A stretch of 64,000 nucleotides of DNA from a virus (lineage: Duplodnaviria; Caudoviricetes), in the IMG/VR virus record IMGVR_UViG_3300037067_020597, positions 10,963 through 74,962 of that record, one strand, 5' to 3'. The notes below the pieces were generated by a model. That model saw nothing but the letters and a program-made list of their open reading frames with translations, was not told the DNA's origin and did not search any database. Positions 1-10,788 of the stretch are shown here, piece by piece. The position numbers and the translations under genes were made by a program. Position 1 is the first letter of the stretch, and each line of letters begins with the position of its first letter.

Positions 1-2
1 TA

Positions 3-128
3 ACGGTATATGTTGGTACGAAAGAACAACTCCAGCAACCTTTGGATATATCAAAGACAGCTGTTAATTCTGGTCTTCATAGCGATACTGGTACTTTGGT
101 TTTGCACACAGATACTCTGGTTGTATAA
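3..128 (+). CDS. 3' end of an upstream gene, truncated by the window edge; hypothetical
   Basis: Open frame from 3 (TVYVGTKEQLQQPLD...TLVV) ends at TAA 126-128, directly abutting the dnaE ATG. Confidence 0.6.
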   Translation, partial: TVYVGTKEQLQQPLDISKTAVNSGLHSDTGTLVLHTDTLVV

Positions 129-2933
129 ATGGGAAAGTACGATTTCAAGACTATTGTAGAGGCTGCATATAAAAAGCTTGAAAAGCTTCAGAAGTCAGAA
201 ATATATCGCAAGCGGCTGGATTTTGAAATAAATCAAATAATGCAGCAAGGAGCGGAACGATATTACGAAGATATAATTGAAGGAAATCGTAAATTTGATA
301 AGAATCCAAACCAGTTGCTATTGCCGTGGCTTTTGAGTCGATTTACAGGCGATGCTAATATAGATCCCATTGCAAATAGAGAAGGGCCGTTGGTACTAAG
401 TGCTAAGTATGATGATATACAAGAAATTATTAGGAAAACCGGAAAATTGCCTTCTGATATAAGGCAAGATGATGATAAGCCTGATATTGATATCGATTGT
501 TTGCCAGAAGCCAGAGATCAAATAAAAGGGTATCTGGCAAAGCGGTATGGTACTCACAATGTTGCGAGTGTTGGCACATGGCAAGCCTATCTCTTTAAAC
601 AAGCCATTGCTGATGCTTATTCTGCTCTTGGGTTTGAAGATGCCGATCGTAGCGCCGGTGCTAAAGTTCGATCGATTGAACTGACAAAGATGCTGCCTGA
701 TGACGTCAATGAAATGCGTGAAGGTGGTTTCGGATCATGTAAGGGTCGTATAAGAGATGATAATGGTCCTGAGAGAGAATGTGGATTTAGACATAAGGAG
801 TTACAATGCCCTCAATGTGGCAGTACTGATACTGATACGCCCACCATTGCGATGATCATGCGTGATTATCCAGAGATTGGCCAGTTTATTGAAGAAGATA
901 AAGAAAATCGTCAAGAAGTTATTGATATTGCTATCCGTTTGGTTGGCCGCATTAAACATGCCGGAAAGCATGCAGGTGGTGTTATAATTGCTGATCGTGA
1001 TTTATTTGGTAATGTACCGATGCAATATGATAGCAAGAGCGGGCAATGGGTTAGCATTTGGACAGAAGGCCGTAATACACAGCTATCGAAGTTTGGATAC
1101 ATTAAATGGGATGTTCTAGGACTTAAAAACTTGTCATATATCAAAACAGCGTGTGAGATGATTCGAGAAAATCATGGTATCACATTTGGTGATCGATTGG
1201 AGGGATGGGAAGAGTCAAGTCCTATTGACGATATTGCTGGCTATTATTGGAAAGATGGTGAAAAGATTCCAATTTCATTAAATGATCCGGCAGCACTTAA
1301 ATTAGCGAATGATTCATTAACCGACAGTATTTTTCAGTTTGACACTGAACTTGCTAAACGAACATTATCATCTGGGGTTCGTACTTTTCGCGACTTGTTG
1401 ATTTTTAATGCTATGGGACATCCAGGCCCCATGCAAAGTATACCTGATTACGTCAAGAACCGTGACGATCCGTCTAATAGTTGGGCTAAAGGCGAGCATA
1501 AAGATATCGTTGAAATCTTGAAGCCAACTAGTGGAGTCATTGTGTTTCAAGAACAGCTAACTTCGATTTGGCAGCGTATCGCTGGATTTACAGGTCCGGA
1601 ATCTCAGGACGCTAGGAAAGCTGTTGCGAAGAAATGGAAAGAAAAGCTGAAGCCAGTTAGAGAACATTGGCTAGCCGGTGCAGGTAAGAAAATCGGCGAA
1701 TCGAAAGCGGCGGCTTATTGGGACAAAATGGAGACATTTGGTCGCTATGCTTTTAATGCCAGCCATGCTATTTGCTATTGTTTGTGGGCATATCGTTGTT
1801 TATGGCTAAAGGCTCACTATCCAGAAGAATGGTGGGCGAGCGTAATGGGCTTATGTGATCAAAAAGCTCTTGAAAGATATATGTCTGCTGCTCGTAGTGA
1901 AGGGGTTGAATTCGGTGAGATTAATACAACGAAGCTCACATTGCGACCGACTGCTCATTCAGGTCAAGACGCCGAACACAAGCACATAGCACTTGGTTTG
2001 ACAAGCTTGAAAAAGATTGGGGACAAAGCGGCTGAGGCTTTTGTTGATTCGGTTAGCGGAAATACTTATACTGATATCGATAATTTTATAACTAAAAAGG
2101 GTAAAAGCAAAATACTTTTCGAGCGTCTAATAAAGTTAGGTGCATTTTCTAAGATACACCCCAATAAGCGTGCAACATGGATGTGGTATCTGCATGAATA
2201 TGGCACAGGAAATGTAGAGGAATTTGAATTTGATGGCGTTGATGAAGAAGCTAGAGCAGAAGTAGCTGCATCCAAGGCTGCACAGCTGGTTAAAAAATCA
2301 AAGTTGAAAGAATTTAGCCATCCGATCAAGATTCTAAAAGCCTATCATCTTCGCCGGTTATTTGCAGAATCTAAATGGACGGAAGAGACTATTCAGGATG
2401 AGCGAAATCGCCAAGAAGCTGAGTATAGGCGATTGTACCCAAAAAGGAAGAAAATACCAGCTAAAATAACGAATTGGAAACCAGAAATCAAAGTCACTCG
2501 TGAAGCTATAATGGCTATATATCCGGAAGACTATGGCTTTGATCAATTATTAAGATTTGAAAAAGAATTCTTAGGATATCATTGGCATTCACCGATAGAT
2601 CTATATCGTGTCAGCGGAGATCATACAGTCGACAAAGCCAAAGTCAATGACTGTGTGGAGGGTGTAATAGTAGAAGTCACTCAAGCTAAAACGAAGCGTA
2701 ATTCTGACTTCCTGCGCATCACTGTTTCTGACGGGCGTAAGAGATGTCTTGTGTTGGTTTGGGAACAGGATATGAAGAATCAGGCTAAGAAATATCTGCA
2801 ACCTGATAAAGGAGTTAGAATCAGGGTTGATTATGATAAGGATCGCGGTAGCTTCACTTTAAAAAGAGGAACAGTCATTGAACCTCTTTGGTCTAAGGCA
2901 GCATGGCAGAAATTACAGGCTGATGCTGAGTAA
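129..2933 (+). CDS. dnaE: DNA polymerase III alpha subunit (family C), lacking the N-terminal PHP domain
   Basis: PDIDID catalytic motif, GRIKHAGKHAGGVII, KWDVLGLKNL, IFQFD, IVFQEQ, YAFNASHA..Y, HhH (LTSLKKIG) and a C-terminal OB fold. Confidence 0.93.
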   Translation: MGKYDFKTIVEAAYKKLEKLQKSEIYRKRLDFEINQIMQQGAERYYEDIIEGNRKFDKNPNQLLLPWLLSRFTGDANIDPIANREGPLVLSAKYDDIQEIIRKTGKLPSDIRQDDDKPDIDIDCLPEARDQIKGYLAKRYGTHNVASVGTWQAYLFKQAIADAYSALGFEDADRSAGAKVRSIELTKMLPDDVNEMREGGFGSCKGRIRDDNGPERECGFRHKELQCPQCGSTDTDTPTIAMIMRDYPEIGQFIEEDKENRQEVIDIAIRLVGRIKHAGKHAGGVIIADRDLFGNVPMQYDSKSGQWVSIWTEGRNTQLSKFGYIKWDVLGLKNLSYIKTACEMIRENHGITFGDRLEGWEESSPIDDIAGYYWKDGEKIPISLNDPAALKLANDSLTDSIFQFDTELAKRTLSSGVRTFRDLLIFNAMGHPGPMQSIPDYVKNRDDPSNSWAKGEHKDIVEILKPTSGVIVFQEQLTSIWQRIAGFTGPESQDARKAVAKKWKEKLKPVREHWLAGAGKKIGESKAAAYWDKMETFGRYAFNASHAICYCLWAYRCLWLKAHYPEEWWASVMGLCDQKALERYMSAARSEGVEFGEINTTKLTLRPTAHSGQDAEHKHIALGLTSLKKIGDKAAEAFVDSVSGNTYTDIDNFITKKGKSKILFERLIKLGAFSKIHPNKRATWMWYLHEYGTGNVEEFEFDGVDEEARAEVAASKAAQLVKKSKLKEFSHPIKILKAYHLRRLFAESKWTEETIQDERNRQEAEYRRLYPKRKKIPAKITNWKPEIKVTREAIMAIYPEDYGFDQLLRFEKEFLGYHWHSPIDLYRVSGDHTVDKAKVNDCVEGVIVEVTQAKTKRNSDFLRITVSDGRKRCLVLVWEQDMKNQAKKYLQPDKGVRIRVDYDKDRGSFTLKRGTVIEPLWSKAAWQKLQADAE

Positions 2934-2987
2934 TAAGCTGCATTCTAATGTTTAGCCGAAGATGTACTATTCGGCATTCTGCGTAAC

Positions 2988-2995
2988 CAAACATA
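2988..2995 (+). promoter_or_regulatory. Candidate late-promoter element CAAACATA
   Basis: Intergenic, upstream of the collagen fibre genes; motif recurs before other genes. Confidence 0.35.
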
Positions 2996-3043
2996 ATAGG
3001 GATGATGGTGTGTTCCTATCTGAACCAAGGCAGCTGACAGGCT

Positions 3044-4663
3044 ATGAAATTTAAAGAATTCCGAACAATCCAACTTACCTCTCCCCCAATACCTGGTGAT
3101 AATCCGCCAGAGAATACGGTTTATCTATGGTTCCAGGAGATCGGCGACAATACACAAATATTGAACTATCGGTATTCGGATGGTTCTGAAAGAAATGTGG
3201 TTGGAGGTGGGAATCCAGGTGCTACTGGTGCTACTGGTATTAGAGGATATACTGGAGCCACAGGTTCGAGCGTTCAAGGTGCTTCCGGTGCAACTGGGCC
3301 TGGTGGAGGAGATACTGGTGCAACTGGTTCAACTGGCCCAGCAGGCGCAACCGGACTCGGCTTAACGGGCGCAACAGGCCCACGTGGTGCTTCTGGGGCC
3401 ACGGGACCATTGGGAGGCCCTATTGGTGCGTCTGGGGCTACGGGTTCCGTTGGTCCTCCTGGTGCAACCGGACCAAGCGGAGGGCCTACGGGGGCCACAG
3501 GAGCGACAGGTGTTGCCGGCGCGACCGGTCTGGCAGGAGTAATTGGTGCTTCCGGCTCTCAAGGGGCAACTGGAGTAGGCTTAATTGGAGCTACTGGACA
3601 TACAGGATCTACTGGTCCTACTGGTTCTAGTGCCACTGCCGGTGAAAACGTAGTCATCAACGGTGGCTTCGACATTTTTCAACGCAATACCAATACTAGC
3701 AATACTTGGTATGTTGCTCCCGACGACACTTATTGTTTTGACAGGTGGATTTCACTTAGTCAATCAAGTTCAGTTTCGTCTATGCGGTACAACACTACTA
3801 CAGGGTCTTCGTCTAATCCTGGACCATTTGTTGGCCGTATAACAAACAGCAGCGCCGCTACTCAGAGATATGGTCTACTCCAAATCGTAGAAGGTTTTAA
3901 TTCATTTCCACTTCGTGGCCAGACAGTCATATTGCAAGCTAAGATTGCCAGTAGCACCAGTTACACAGTTAGATATGCTGTTTTGGAATGGACCGGTGTT
4001 TCAGATACTGTGACTAGCGATGTGGTTAAGGATTGGACTAGCTCGACTTATACTCCTAACAATTTCTTTTTGAGTAGCAATTTAGCTGTGTCTGCTATCG
4101 GCTCTACTTCTGTATCAGCTACTCCAACGACAATTGCGCTAAGTGCTTCTGTCAGTAGCACTTGCAATAATTTAATCATATTCTTTTGGACTGAATCGGC
4201 AGTGGCACAAAATGTGGAACTCATCATATCTGATGTTGATTGTCATATCGGCAGCGCTCGTACGAGAAGCCCGCGACCAGTAGCAGAAGAATTGATTCTG
4301 TGCCAACGATATTTTGAAAAGAGTTATCATTTAGATGTTAAACCTGGAACGTCTACAAAAGATGGTATGGAGCAGGGGTGGGTTATTCCGACTAGCTTTG
4401 GATGGATGAAAACACCAGGAGTAACGCACTATTTGGTTTCGAAGCGCATTGCTGCAACACCAATTCTCTATTCGCCTCAGACCGGGGCAATAGGCCGTGT
4501 TGGTGAATACAATGCTGGTTCAACTTGGCTTGTAGACCGTGAAGCTGTTGCTGTATATGTTGGCAATAATTCTTATGCTATACAAAAACCAAACCCTGAA
4601 GCTGCTTTATGGGGTAATGATAATTATATCTGGCACCAATGGGCAGTCGACGCAGAACTGTAA
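3044..4663 (+). CDS. Collagen-like tail fibre / virion appendage protein with a C-terminal CBM-like domain
   Basis: Long Gly-X-Y (GAT/GAS/GP) tract followed by [13 protein letters not shown]...DRW, typical of the carbohydrate-binding-like domains of phage fibres. Confidence 0.75.
   Translation: MKFKEFRTIQLTSPPIPGDNPPENTVYLWFQEIGDNTQILNYRYSDGSERNVVGGGNPGATGATGIRGYTGATGSSVQGASGATGPGGGDTGATGSTGPAGATGLGLTGATGPRGASGATGPLGGPIGASGATGSVGPPGATGPSGGPTGATGATGVAGATGLAGVIGASGSQGATGVGLIGATGHTGSTGPTGSSATAGENVVINGGFDIFQRNTNTSNTWYVAPDDTYCFDRWISLSQSSSVSSMRYNTTTGSSSNPGPFVGRITNSSAATQRYGLLQIVEGFNSFPLRGQTVILQAKIASSTSYTVRYAVLEWTGVSDTVTSDVVKDWTSSTYTPNNFFLSSNLAVSAIGSTSVSATPTTIALSASVSSTCNNLIIFFWTESAVAQNVELIISDVDCHIGSARTRSPRPVAEELILCQRYFEKSYHLDVKPGTSTKDGMEQGWVIPTSFGWMKTPGVTHYLVSKRIAATPILYSPQTGAIGRVGEYNAGSTWLVDREAVAVYVGNNSYAIQKPNPEAALWGNDNYIWHQWAVDAEL
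3220..3640 (+). repeat. Collagen Gly-X-Y coding repeat (approximate bounds)
   Basis: Repeated ggtgc(a/t)ac(t/a)gg-like units encoding GATG/GASG/GPTG. Confidence 0.85.
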
Positions 4664-4672
4664 AGGGTTATT

Positions 4673-6223
4673 ATGAAATTTAAAGAATTTCGGACAATTC
4701 AGCTTACGTCTCCGCCCGTTTTTGGTGACAATCCACCAGAAAATACGATCTATCAGTGGTTTACTGATGAACCGAATAACACGGTGATGGTTACATGTCG
4801 TTATTCTGACGGCTCAGAGAAGACAATTTCTGGCGGTTCTGGTCATATTGGTGCAACAGGTGCGACTGGTCCTATCGGAGCTACTGGCCCCAGCGGTGGT
4901 CCCGTGGGCGCGACAGGTGCAACTGGGTTAACTGGTGCGACTGGTCCTTCTGGCGGGCCGGTTGGTGCGACCGGTGCTACAGGTATTGGGTTAACTGGTG
5001 CTACTGGTCCTTCTGGCGGTCCAACAGGTGCGACAGGCACACCAGGTGCCACTGGTATAAGGGGTGCTTCCGGTGCTGCTGGCACTAATGGGGCTTCTGG
5101 TCCTCGTGGTGCTTCTGGTGCTTCCGGGGCTACTGGTATCATCGGTGCTTCTGGAATGAGCATTACTGGCCCGACCGGTGCAACCGGAGTAAGTGGAGCT
5201 TCAGTAGGATATAATGTTATTATTAATGGTGCATTTGAATTTTTTCAACGCAATAACAATTCCACATCAACCAATTACTCGACCTCGGATGATACATATT
5301 GTTTTGATCGATGGATTGGCCTTACACAAACAGCTGCAGTCAACTGTCAGAGACGGAACGCAACAACCGGTACATCTGCTCGCCCCGGCCCATTCTATGG
5401 ATGGATGGTTCAACCTAACGCAACGGCTCAACGAATGGGTTTATTGCAGATAGTGGAAGGATGTAACACATATCATTTACGTGGGCAATCGGTAACATTA
5501 CAAGCGAAAATTTTAAGCACTCCTAATGCAGCGAATATTCGCTATGCTATATTGGAATGGACCGGGGTAGCCGATACGGTTATAAGCGATGTTGTAAGAG
5601 ATTGGACAAGCACATCTTACACTCCAAACAACTTCTTTTTGAGCAGTGGTGTAGTTGTTTCTGGGACAGGAGCTGTGGCAGTCCCCGCTTCTGGTACACA
5701 AGAGATAACATTAACAGCTACTGTAAGTGCAGCTTGTAGTAATTTGATGATTTTCTTTTGGACTGAATCGCCAGCTGCACAAAATGCAGCTATCGGTTTA
5801 ACTAATGTCGATTGTCATGCAGGGGGCTACACTCGTGTTTTCAGCCCAAGACCAATAGCAGAAGAGTTAATGTTATGCCAGCGATATTATGAGAAGAGCT
5901 ATGACGTAGACATAAAACCAGGAACAGTGCAAATACGAGATGGTGCACATGGTTCATTACCAGAAAGCTTATGGTGGTTGTATAATTTCTGCGTCCATTA
6001 TGCCACCACTAAACGCCTGCCGGTTGCGCCAACGTTATATGCACCCTACACAGGTACAGCAGGCCGAGCAAGTCTTTATAGTATTGTTCAAGCTTATTAT
6101 AAAGATGCCGTTATAGCGGTCATTGAGAACAACACAACTGGGTATTCTATAGCGTCGGCTGGCGGGTATTTTGAAGCAAGTTATGTTGCGTGGCATCACT
6201 TTGTGACAGAATGTGAATTATAA
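4673..6223 (+). CDS. Collagen-like tail fibre protein, tandem paralogue of 3044..4663
   Basis: Same [16 protein letters not shown]-terminus, Gly-X-Y tract, and NVIING.F.FFQRN...DDTYCFDRW domain. Confidence 0.75.
   Translation: MKFKEFRTIQLTSPPVFGDNPPENTIYQWFTDEPNNTVMVTCRYSDGSEKTISGGSGHIGATGATGPIGATGPSGGPVGATGATGLTGATGPSGGPVGATGATGIGLTGATGPSGGPTGATGTPGATGIRGASGAAGTNGASGPRGASGASGATGIIGASGMSITGPTGATGVSGASVGYNVIINGAFEFFQRNNNSTSTNYSTSDDTYCFDRWIGLTQTAAVNCQRRNATTGTSARPGPFYGWMVQPNATAQRMGLLQIVEGCNTYHLRGQSVTLQAKILSTPNAANIRYAILEWTGVADTVISDVVRDWTSTSYTPNNFFLSSGVVVSGTGAVAVPASGTQEITLTATVSAACSNLMIFFWTESPAAQNAAIGLTNVDCHAGGYTRVFSPRPIAEELMLCQRYYEKSYDVDIKPGTVQIRDGAHGSLPESLWWLYNFCVHYATTKRLPVAPTLYAPYTGTAGRASLYSIVQAYYKDAVIAVIENNTTGYSIASAGGYFEASYVAWHHFVTECEL
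4850..5210 (+). repeat. Collagen Gly-X-Y coding repeat (approximate bounds)
   Basis: Repeated [17 protein letters not shown] units. Confidence 0.85.
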
Positions 6224-7129
6224 TACTGCTTTATAACGCATTAGCTTTACTAGACAGCTGCCGAGATCCATAAAGTAATCGTGCTCTGCCATAGCGCCTA
6301 TACATTCAATACCAAGCTTATTGAATGGAGCAAGGTTTGGTTTTTGTCCAATTGGTATTGCTTCTGTGATTGTGGTCCCGTCTACTAAATCGAATTGTTG
6401 CATAAACTGCATGAAATATGGCCCTGGTATTGGTATATCATGTAGCAAATAGAACAGATATCTATTCTTGGCTATATTACTGACTTTAAAGAAATCAATG
6501 AGATTATCCAACACCAATACTTGATTAGCTCCTTCGAAGTTTAGCTCGTTCGTTTCAATATGATAATACCATATCTGTTTTGTTGGCAGTTTTATTCGTG
6601 GCGTATTAGTCAACTCGAATAGTTTGGATAGTTGTATCGTGCTAATCATATGATCAAAATCTATGCGTTGCCCTCCCCATATCAAATAATGATCGCCAAT
6701 TTCCGATATCGATCCTCTTTTGCTATCATTAATTAATTTTTGGACATACTTCTGTTGCAGCTGGTTATATAATCGGTTGGCTTTGACACTGTAAATGAAA
6801 TGATCGCCTCTTGATTTTATGCATGGCAAAGCTTGCGATGGGACATCATCGCCAAAGAGCTTATTCAACCAAGCATTTATAATGGTGTCATCTGGTGATA
6901 ACAAACCACCATTCAAAGAATAAAGTGTTTTATAAATAAACGATATTTTGCCACCAAGATGCGTTACTACATCGTCAATTCTGTCGTCTCTGATTATAAA
7001 ATTGTCGGCTAAAGCCGGTCTAAAGCTATAAAACCGTGAGCGTGAAAACGGCACAACGAGCCATTGTTCACCCAGTATCTCTCTGGCTAGCAGACCGACT
7101 ATCCCACTACCGAGAATTACTCCTTGCAT
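6218..7129 (-). CDS. Putative FAD/NAD(P)-binding oxidoreductase-like protein
   Basis: N-terminal Rossmann dinucleotide motif VILGSGIVG; C-terminal [12 protein letters not shown] resembles the ends of flavoprotein (amine oxidase/UGM-like) families. Confidence 0.55.
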   Translation of the reverse strand: MQGVILGSGIVGLLAREILGEQWLVVPFSRSRFYSFRPALADNFIIRDDRIDDVVTHLGGKISFIYKTLYSLNGGLLSPDDTIINAWLNKLFGDDVPSQALPCIKSRGDHFIYSVKANRLYNQLQQKYVQKLINDSKRGSISEIGDHYLIWGGQRIDFDHMISTIQLSKLFELTNTPRIKLPTKQIWYYHIETNELNFEGANQVLVLDNLIDFFKVSNIAKNRYLFYLLHDIPIPGPYFMQFMQQFDLVDGTTITEAIPIGQKPNLAPFNKLGIECIGAMAEHDYFMDLGSCLVKLMRYKAVL

Positions 7130-7563
7130 GTTGCTCTCGATATCTTTTGTGCAACAGTGAGAGAATCACTGTCTGGAACATCGTCAATTGGAGTCACTAA
7201 TTCATCCAATTCCCAACGAGCAAGCTGTTTGCTATCGAAAGGATTAACGAAAGGATCTGTGAATTTAGGCAACGGCGTAGGCGGTATTGGTTTTCCAGCT
7301 CTGCACTCTGGGCATGAAACAAATTTGTGTCCATTTTTCTCGACAATATCACGCGCGTCAATATAAAACCCGGCGCAGCAAAAAGGACACATAGCAGAAA
7401 ATTTGGATGCTATATCTAAAACAAATTCGAAGGGTCGGCCTTGTGTGACTGATTCCTGGTTTGGAGAATCTGATGGCAGATCTACAAAGAAAGTAACTAA
7501 ATCGAATTGTGTCGGACTATCATCTTGTTGTAATACTATCCTGTTGGAGTCGTCGCTGACCAT
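7117..7563 (-). CDS. Hypothetical Zn-finger protein
   Basis: CPFC...CPEC pair; AAGGA SD upstream of the ATG. Confidence 0.6.
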   Translation of the reverse strand: MVSDDSNRIVLQQDDSPTQFDLVTFFVDLPSDSPNQESVTQGRPFEFVLDIASKFSAMCPFCCAGFYIDARDIVEKNGHKFVSCPECRAGKPIPPTPLPKFTDPFVNPFDSKQLARWELDELVTPIDDVPDSDSLTVAQKISRATCKE

Positions 7564-8012
7564 TGCTTGTTTTCCTTATTACTCTGAATTTTTAGGGCAC
7601 GATCTTTTAACTCTGTGAAAGCGCTTGCGCCAACCCATAATTCTAAATACTTGTCATCTTTTACAACCACGGATGGTGTAATGCTGACATTAACGGCTAC
7701 AATAGATATGCATATATGATAACAAATGAAATTTCCATTCATGTGTTGCCCGCTTAGATCGCAGAATATACCACTAGGGCATGATCGATTATCAATTATT
7801 CTGTAAGGCTTGTAATTTTTAATGATAGCATCTTTAATTTCGTCCATACATCGCTGACATATATCAAATGAATGTATAATGGGCGTGGAAATGGTCATAG
7901 AATTATTAACAACAGACACCTCTTTAGCATCGAGAGAATAATATGTGAATTCATTCGACACGCTTATACCGCATCTGTCACAGACGATTCCACGTTTATC
8001 TGAACTTAGCAT
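7536..8012 (-). CDS. Hypothetical Cys-rich protein
   Basis: CDRC...CQRC and CDLSG...CYHIC motifs; overlaps the next gene operon-style. Confidence 0.6.
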   Translation of the reverse strand: MLSSDKRGIVCDRCGISVSNEFTYYSLDAKEVSVVNNSMTISTPIIHSFDICQRCMDEIKDAIIKNYKPYRIIDNRSCPSGIFCDLSGQHMNGNFICYHICISIVAVNVSITPSVVVKDDKYLELWVGASAFTELKDRALKIQSNKENKQWSATTPTG

Positions 8013-8050
8013 AATATCATCCTCGAAATTGTTGTTAGTATTATATACCT

Positions 8051-8767
8051 ATGGATCTTCAAACATTTGACTGGAAATCAGGATCGAATCGACCATTTAT
8101 CCCACGAGAGATAATTACTAATTGGGACGTAGGTGCTATGGGAATTCAAGAAATGCAGAATGAGCGTAAATTAAGAATGTTGAGACAACTTAATAATACT
8201 TGCTTAGCCTGTACAATGTGTGAGCTTGGAAGAAAGGATGCAGAGAAAAATGGTACCTGCCGAGATCCACATGTATTATCTAATATGAATCCAAGCAACA
8301 TCTTTGTATGCGGTCAAGGGCCGGGATGGGATGAGCTTAAAGAAGGAGCACCATTTGTAGGAGCTTCCGGCAAGAATTTTGACAAGGAGCTGACTAAACA
8401 CAGTATAGATAGATCGCAGTTCTACATAACCAATACAGTTAGATGCTTCGTTACTGGCAACGCAAGGCCACCACAATTGTGCGTGGACAGATGTAAGCCC
8501 TTTCTCATGATGGAAATAGGGCTAATGCATCCGAAGTTAGTGGTTACTTTAGGTTCTATTGCTTTTGAAGCTTTATGTCCTGGAGTAGGATATCAGCAAT
8601 CACTCGGAAAAATCATAAAAAGTGAAGAATTTGATGTGAAAGTGTTCGCTGTCTATCACCCGTCCCCACTTAATTTGGCAGATAAGGGAAGACGATCCGA
8701 ATTTGAACACCAAATTGCGGTTTTGGCGGGAATAGTGAAAAAGCTATCTAAAACTACTCCTGAGTAG
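8051..8767 (+). CDS. udg: Uracil-DNA glycosylase, family 4 (Fe-S) type
   Basis: CLACTMCELG, GQGPG..E, PFVGASG, YITNTVRC, C..FL, YHPSP motifs. Confidence 0.88.
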   Translation: MDLQTFDWKSGSNRPFIPREIITNWDVGAMGIQEMQNERKLRMLRQLNNTCLACTMCELGRKDAEKNGTCRDPHVLSNMNPSNIFVCGQGPGWDELKEGAPFVGASGKNFDKELTKHSIDRSQFYITNTVRCFVTGNARPPQLCVDRCKPFLMMEIGLMHPKLVVTLGSIAFEALCPGVGYQQSLGKIIKSEEFDVKVFAVYHPSPLNLADKGRRSEFEHQIAVLAGIVKKLSKTTPE

Positions 8768-9146
8768 ATTCGAGATTATAGGGTACTAAGAAATATATGG
8801 GTTTTCCAGCACGGGTTCTCTTGCGTAAGATATATTCGTTTCCTTTTTGCCGCAAAAAATGCTTCATACGCATCATCAATGCTGATGGGTTTGTTATCTC
8901 TGGGCTTGCCGCTTCAAGCAGCTTGCCGATTTCTATGGGTTCTCCAGTTTCTACAGCGGCAAATAATAAATTGTAAGCAGCCTCAGTGGCCAACGTTGCG
9001 GGGTCGTTGATTGGTGCTTTTACTTTTTCATTAGCAGCAGCTTTTATATTTTCGATTGTTTCTTCACTTAATTTGCGGACATCTTCAGCGATAATTTGTT
9101 CCACTGAATCGCCTAAATCGACAGTGATGACGTTGATTTTTGCCAT
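8754..9146 (-). CDS. Hypothetical protein, possibly winged-helix
   Basis: 130-aa ORF with plausible composition filling the gap between neighbours. Confidence 0.6.
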   Translation of the reverse strand: MAKINVITVDLGDSVEQIIAEDVRKLSEETIENIKAAANEKVKAPINDPATLATEAAYNLLFAAVETGEPIEIGKLLEAASPEITNPSALMMRMKHFLRQKGNEYILRKRTRAGKPIYFLVPYNLESTQE

Positions 9147-9199
9147 TATGTATTCCTGTATTTAAGTGTAGACATTAAAATACAAAGCAGAGATTAGAG

Positions 9200-10033
9200 A
9201 TGCAAAACAACAGTTGTATTGTGTGTGGTTCTGATAAAGATTTAGATGCTGAATTGACTATATCTGTTGATGGCCAAAAGATTACTGTCAAGGTTTGTGC
9301 AAAGCATGCGGACGACATAACACCCAAGGCCGCTAAAGCTGCATATTTGAAATGGAAATCCGACAGAGATACGCAGATGCAAGATTTCTTAGCTCAAGCA
9401 GCTAAGCTAGGAATGAAAGTGGTACCGCAGGATGGCTTGATGACTGTTAAACAGTCATCAAATGGGATTATTGGGCCTGCGGCAACTCCTGGTCCATTAG
9501 CAAGCCCAGATCCGGCTGCGCCTGTGGGGGCACCAGCGACTGTTGGTCCTGCAGCGACATTGCACGGCACTAGAGAAGATGGTGTATTACCTGCCTCAGA
9601 AGTCGATGACATCATGCAGCGCCGCGTTACTGGTTTAGCTGGGTCAGTAGGAAACACGGGCATTGAAAGACATACAGCATACAATCCCAATGAATTGGAG
9701 TCCAAGTTGCCCGATGGTGCCAGAGAGGGTCTAGTAAAAATGGAGTTGGCCGAAGGGAGGCATGGAACTCCATTGGCAATTCCTGCAATTAGACAAGACG
9801 GACTTGGAGAGACTAGAGTTAGAATTTCTAAGTCTATGACTGATGCCGATTTACAACGCAGATTTAAACAACAAGCTTCAGCATCTGTTTCTGATGAGAC
9901 TAACTCAGCCCATTCTTTTAAAGATGGTTATGACTTGCATAAATGTCCGATATGCAAGGGTGAAGGACATATCGCGAAAAATCAGACGGAAATAATTCCA
10001 TGCCCAAAATGTGGTGGTTCGGGCATATTATAG
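9200..10033 (+). CDS. Hypothetical protein with an N-terminal Cys cluster and a C-terminal DnaJ-like Zn finger
   Basis: CIVC...CAKH at the N-terminus; CPICKGEG...CPKCGGSG at the C-terminus. Confidence 0.7.
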   Translation: MQNNSCIVCGSDKDLDAELTISVDGQKITVKVCAKHADDITPKAAKAAYLKWKSDRDTQMQDFLAQAAKLGMKVVPQDGLMTVKQSSNGIIGPAATPGPLASPDPAAPVGAPATVGPAATLHGTREDGVLPASEVDDIMQRRVTGLAGSVGNTGIERHTAYNPNELESKLPDGAREGLVKMELAEGRHGTPLAIPAIRQDGLGETRVRISKSMTDADLQRRFKQQASASVSDETNSAHSFKDGYDLHKCPICKGEGHIAKNQTEIIPCPKCGGSGIL

Positions 10034-10276
10034 ACCTGGTGGTGATAGGCTGAATTGTCTTGTAGAGACGCCCAAGAATTTTCTATGTCTTGGTTTTAGC
10101 GGGATGCCACTTGGCTGAGATGTGAAGCCAAGAACACGTGATCCAAGATCACCACCATTTTTTGGCTTCACATCAGTATCGCTTAGACTTAAGAGTGATC
10201 TTCGCCCATAGTTAGCACCAGTTGCTTTTTGGAGGGCTTTTAATAAATCACCTTCATTAAGCAATTTTAATTTCAT
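10028..10276 (-). CDS. Small hypothetical protein (MKLKLLNE-G), candidate internal head protein
   Basis: ATGA overlap with the upstream gene; shares the N-terminal LLxE motif. Confidence 0.55.
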   Translation of the reverse strand: MKLKLLNEGDLLKALQKATGANYGRRSLLSLSDTDVKPKNGGDLGSRVLGFTSQPSGIPLKPRHRKFLGVSTRQFSLSPPGL

Positions 10277-10716
10277 TCTTCACTGCCTGGTGATTGTCCC
10301 GGTTTGCTGACTGCAATTATATCTTTAAGATCAGGATGATAGCCTGCATCCTGCTCATTCCATCCGTCGCCTTCACTGACTTCTTTTCTGATATCTTCGA
10401 GAATATTAATCGCCTTTTCTTGTTCGATACCGCAGACTCCCTGTGTAGCCATTTCTTGCTTCATGGCTTTTTCGAACAATGGGTCAGTAATATACTTATA
10501 GTTGTGAACCTTTCTGAAGGCTCTGCAGACTCCTTCATGGCACACAAAATCGACAGATTTTAGCTCGAATAAGTCGTTTATTTGCTCTTGTAAATATTGT
10601 AGTGATTTAGAATCGGCATCAGCAAGATCTTTTGGTGGATCTGGAATTCCCAACTGCGTTTTGTGTTGCAGGTATGTTTGGACAGCTTCAGTTAATAATC
10701 TTTCATTGCGATTCAT
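10273..10716 (-). CDS. Hypothetical protein (MNRNERLLTE-A)
   Basis: GGGAGA SD 6 nt before the ATG at 10716; the ORF track start at 10770 is less well supported. Confidence 0.6.
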   Translation of the reverse strand: MNRNERLLTEAVQTYLQHKTQLGIPDPPKDLADADSKSLQYLQEQINDLFELKSVDFVCHEGVCRAFRKVHNYKYITDPLFEKAMKQEMATQGVCGIEQEKAINILEDIRKEVSEGDGWNEQDAGYHPDLKDIIAVSKPGQSPGSEE

Positions 10717-10788
10717 AAGTATTCTCCCATAAAAACTTTGCTTGGACCCCTGTAATTCTACAACCCCCATGATCGTTGATGAATCAAT

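Noticed and set aside
3274-5163. Pro/Ala/Val-rich minus-strand ORFs (3274..3498, 3362..3562, 4843..5163)
   Set aside because: They are antisense shadows of the collagen Gly-X-Y repeats, with no independent RBS or homology cues
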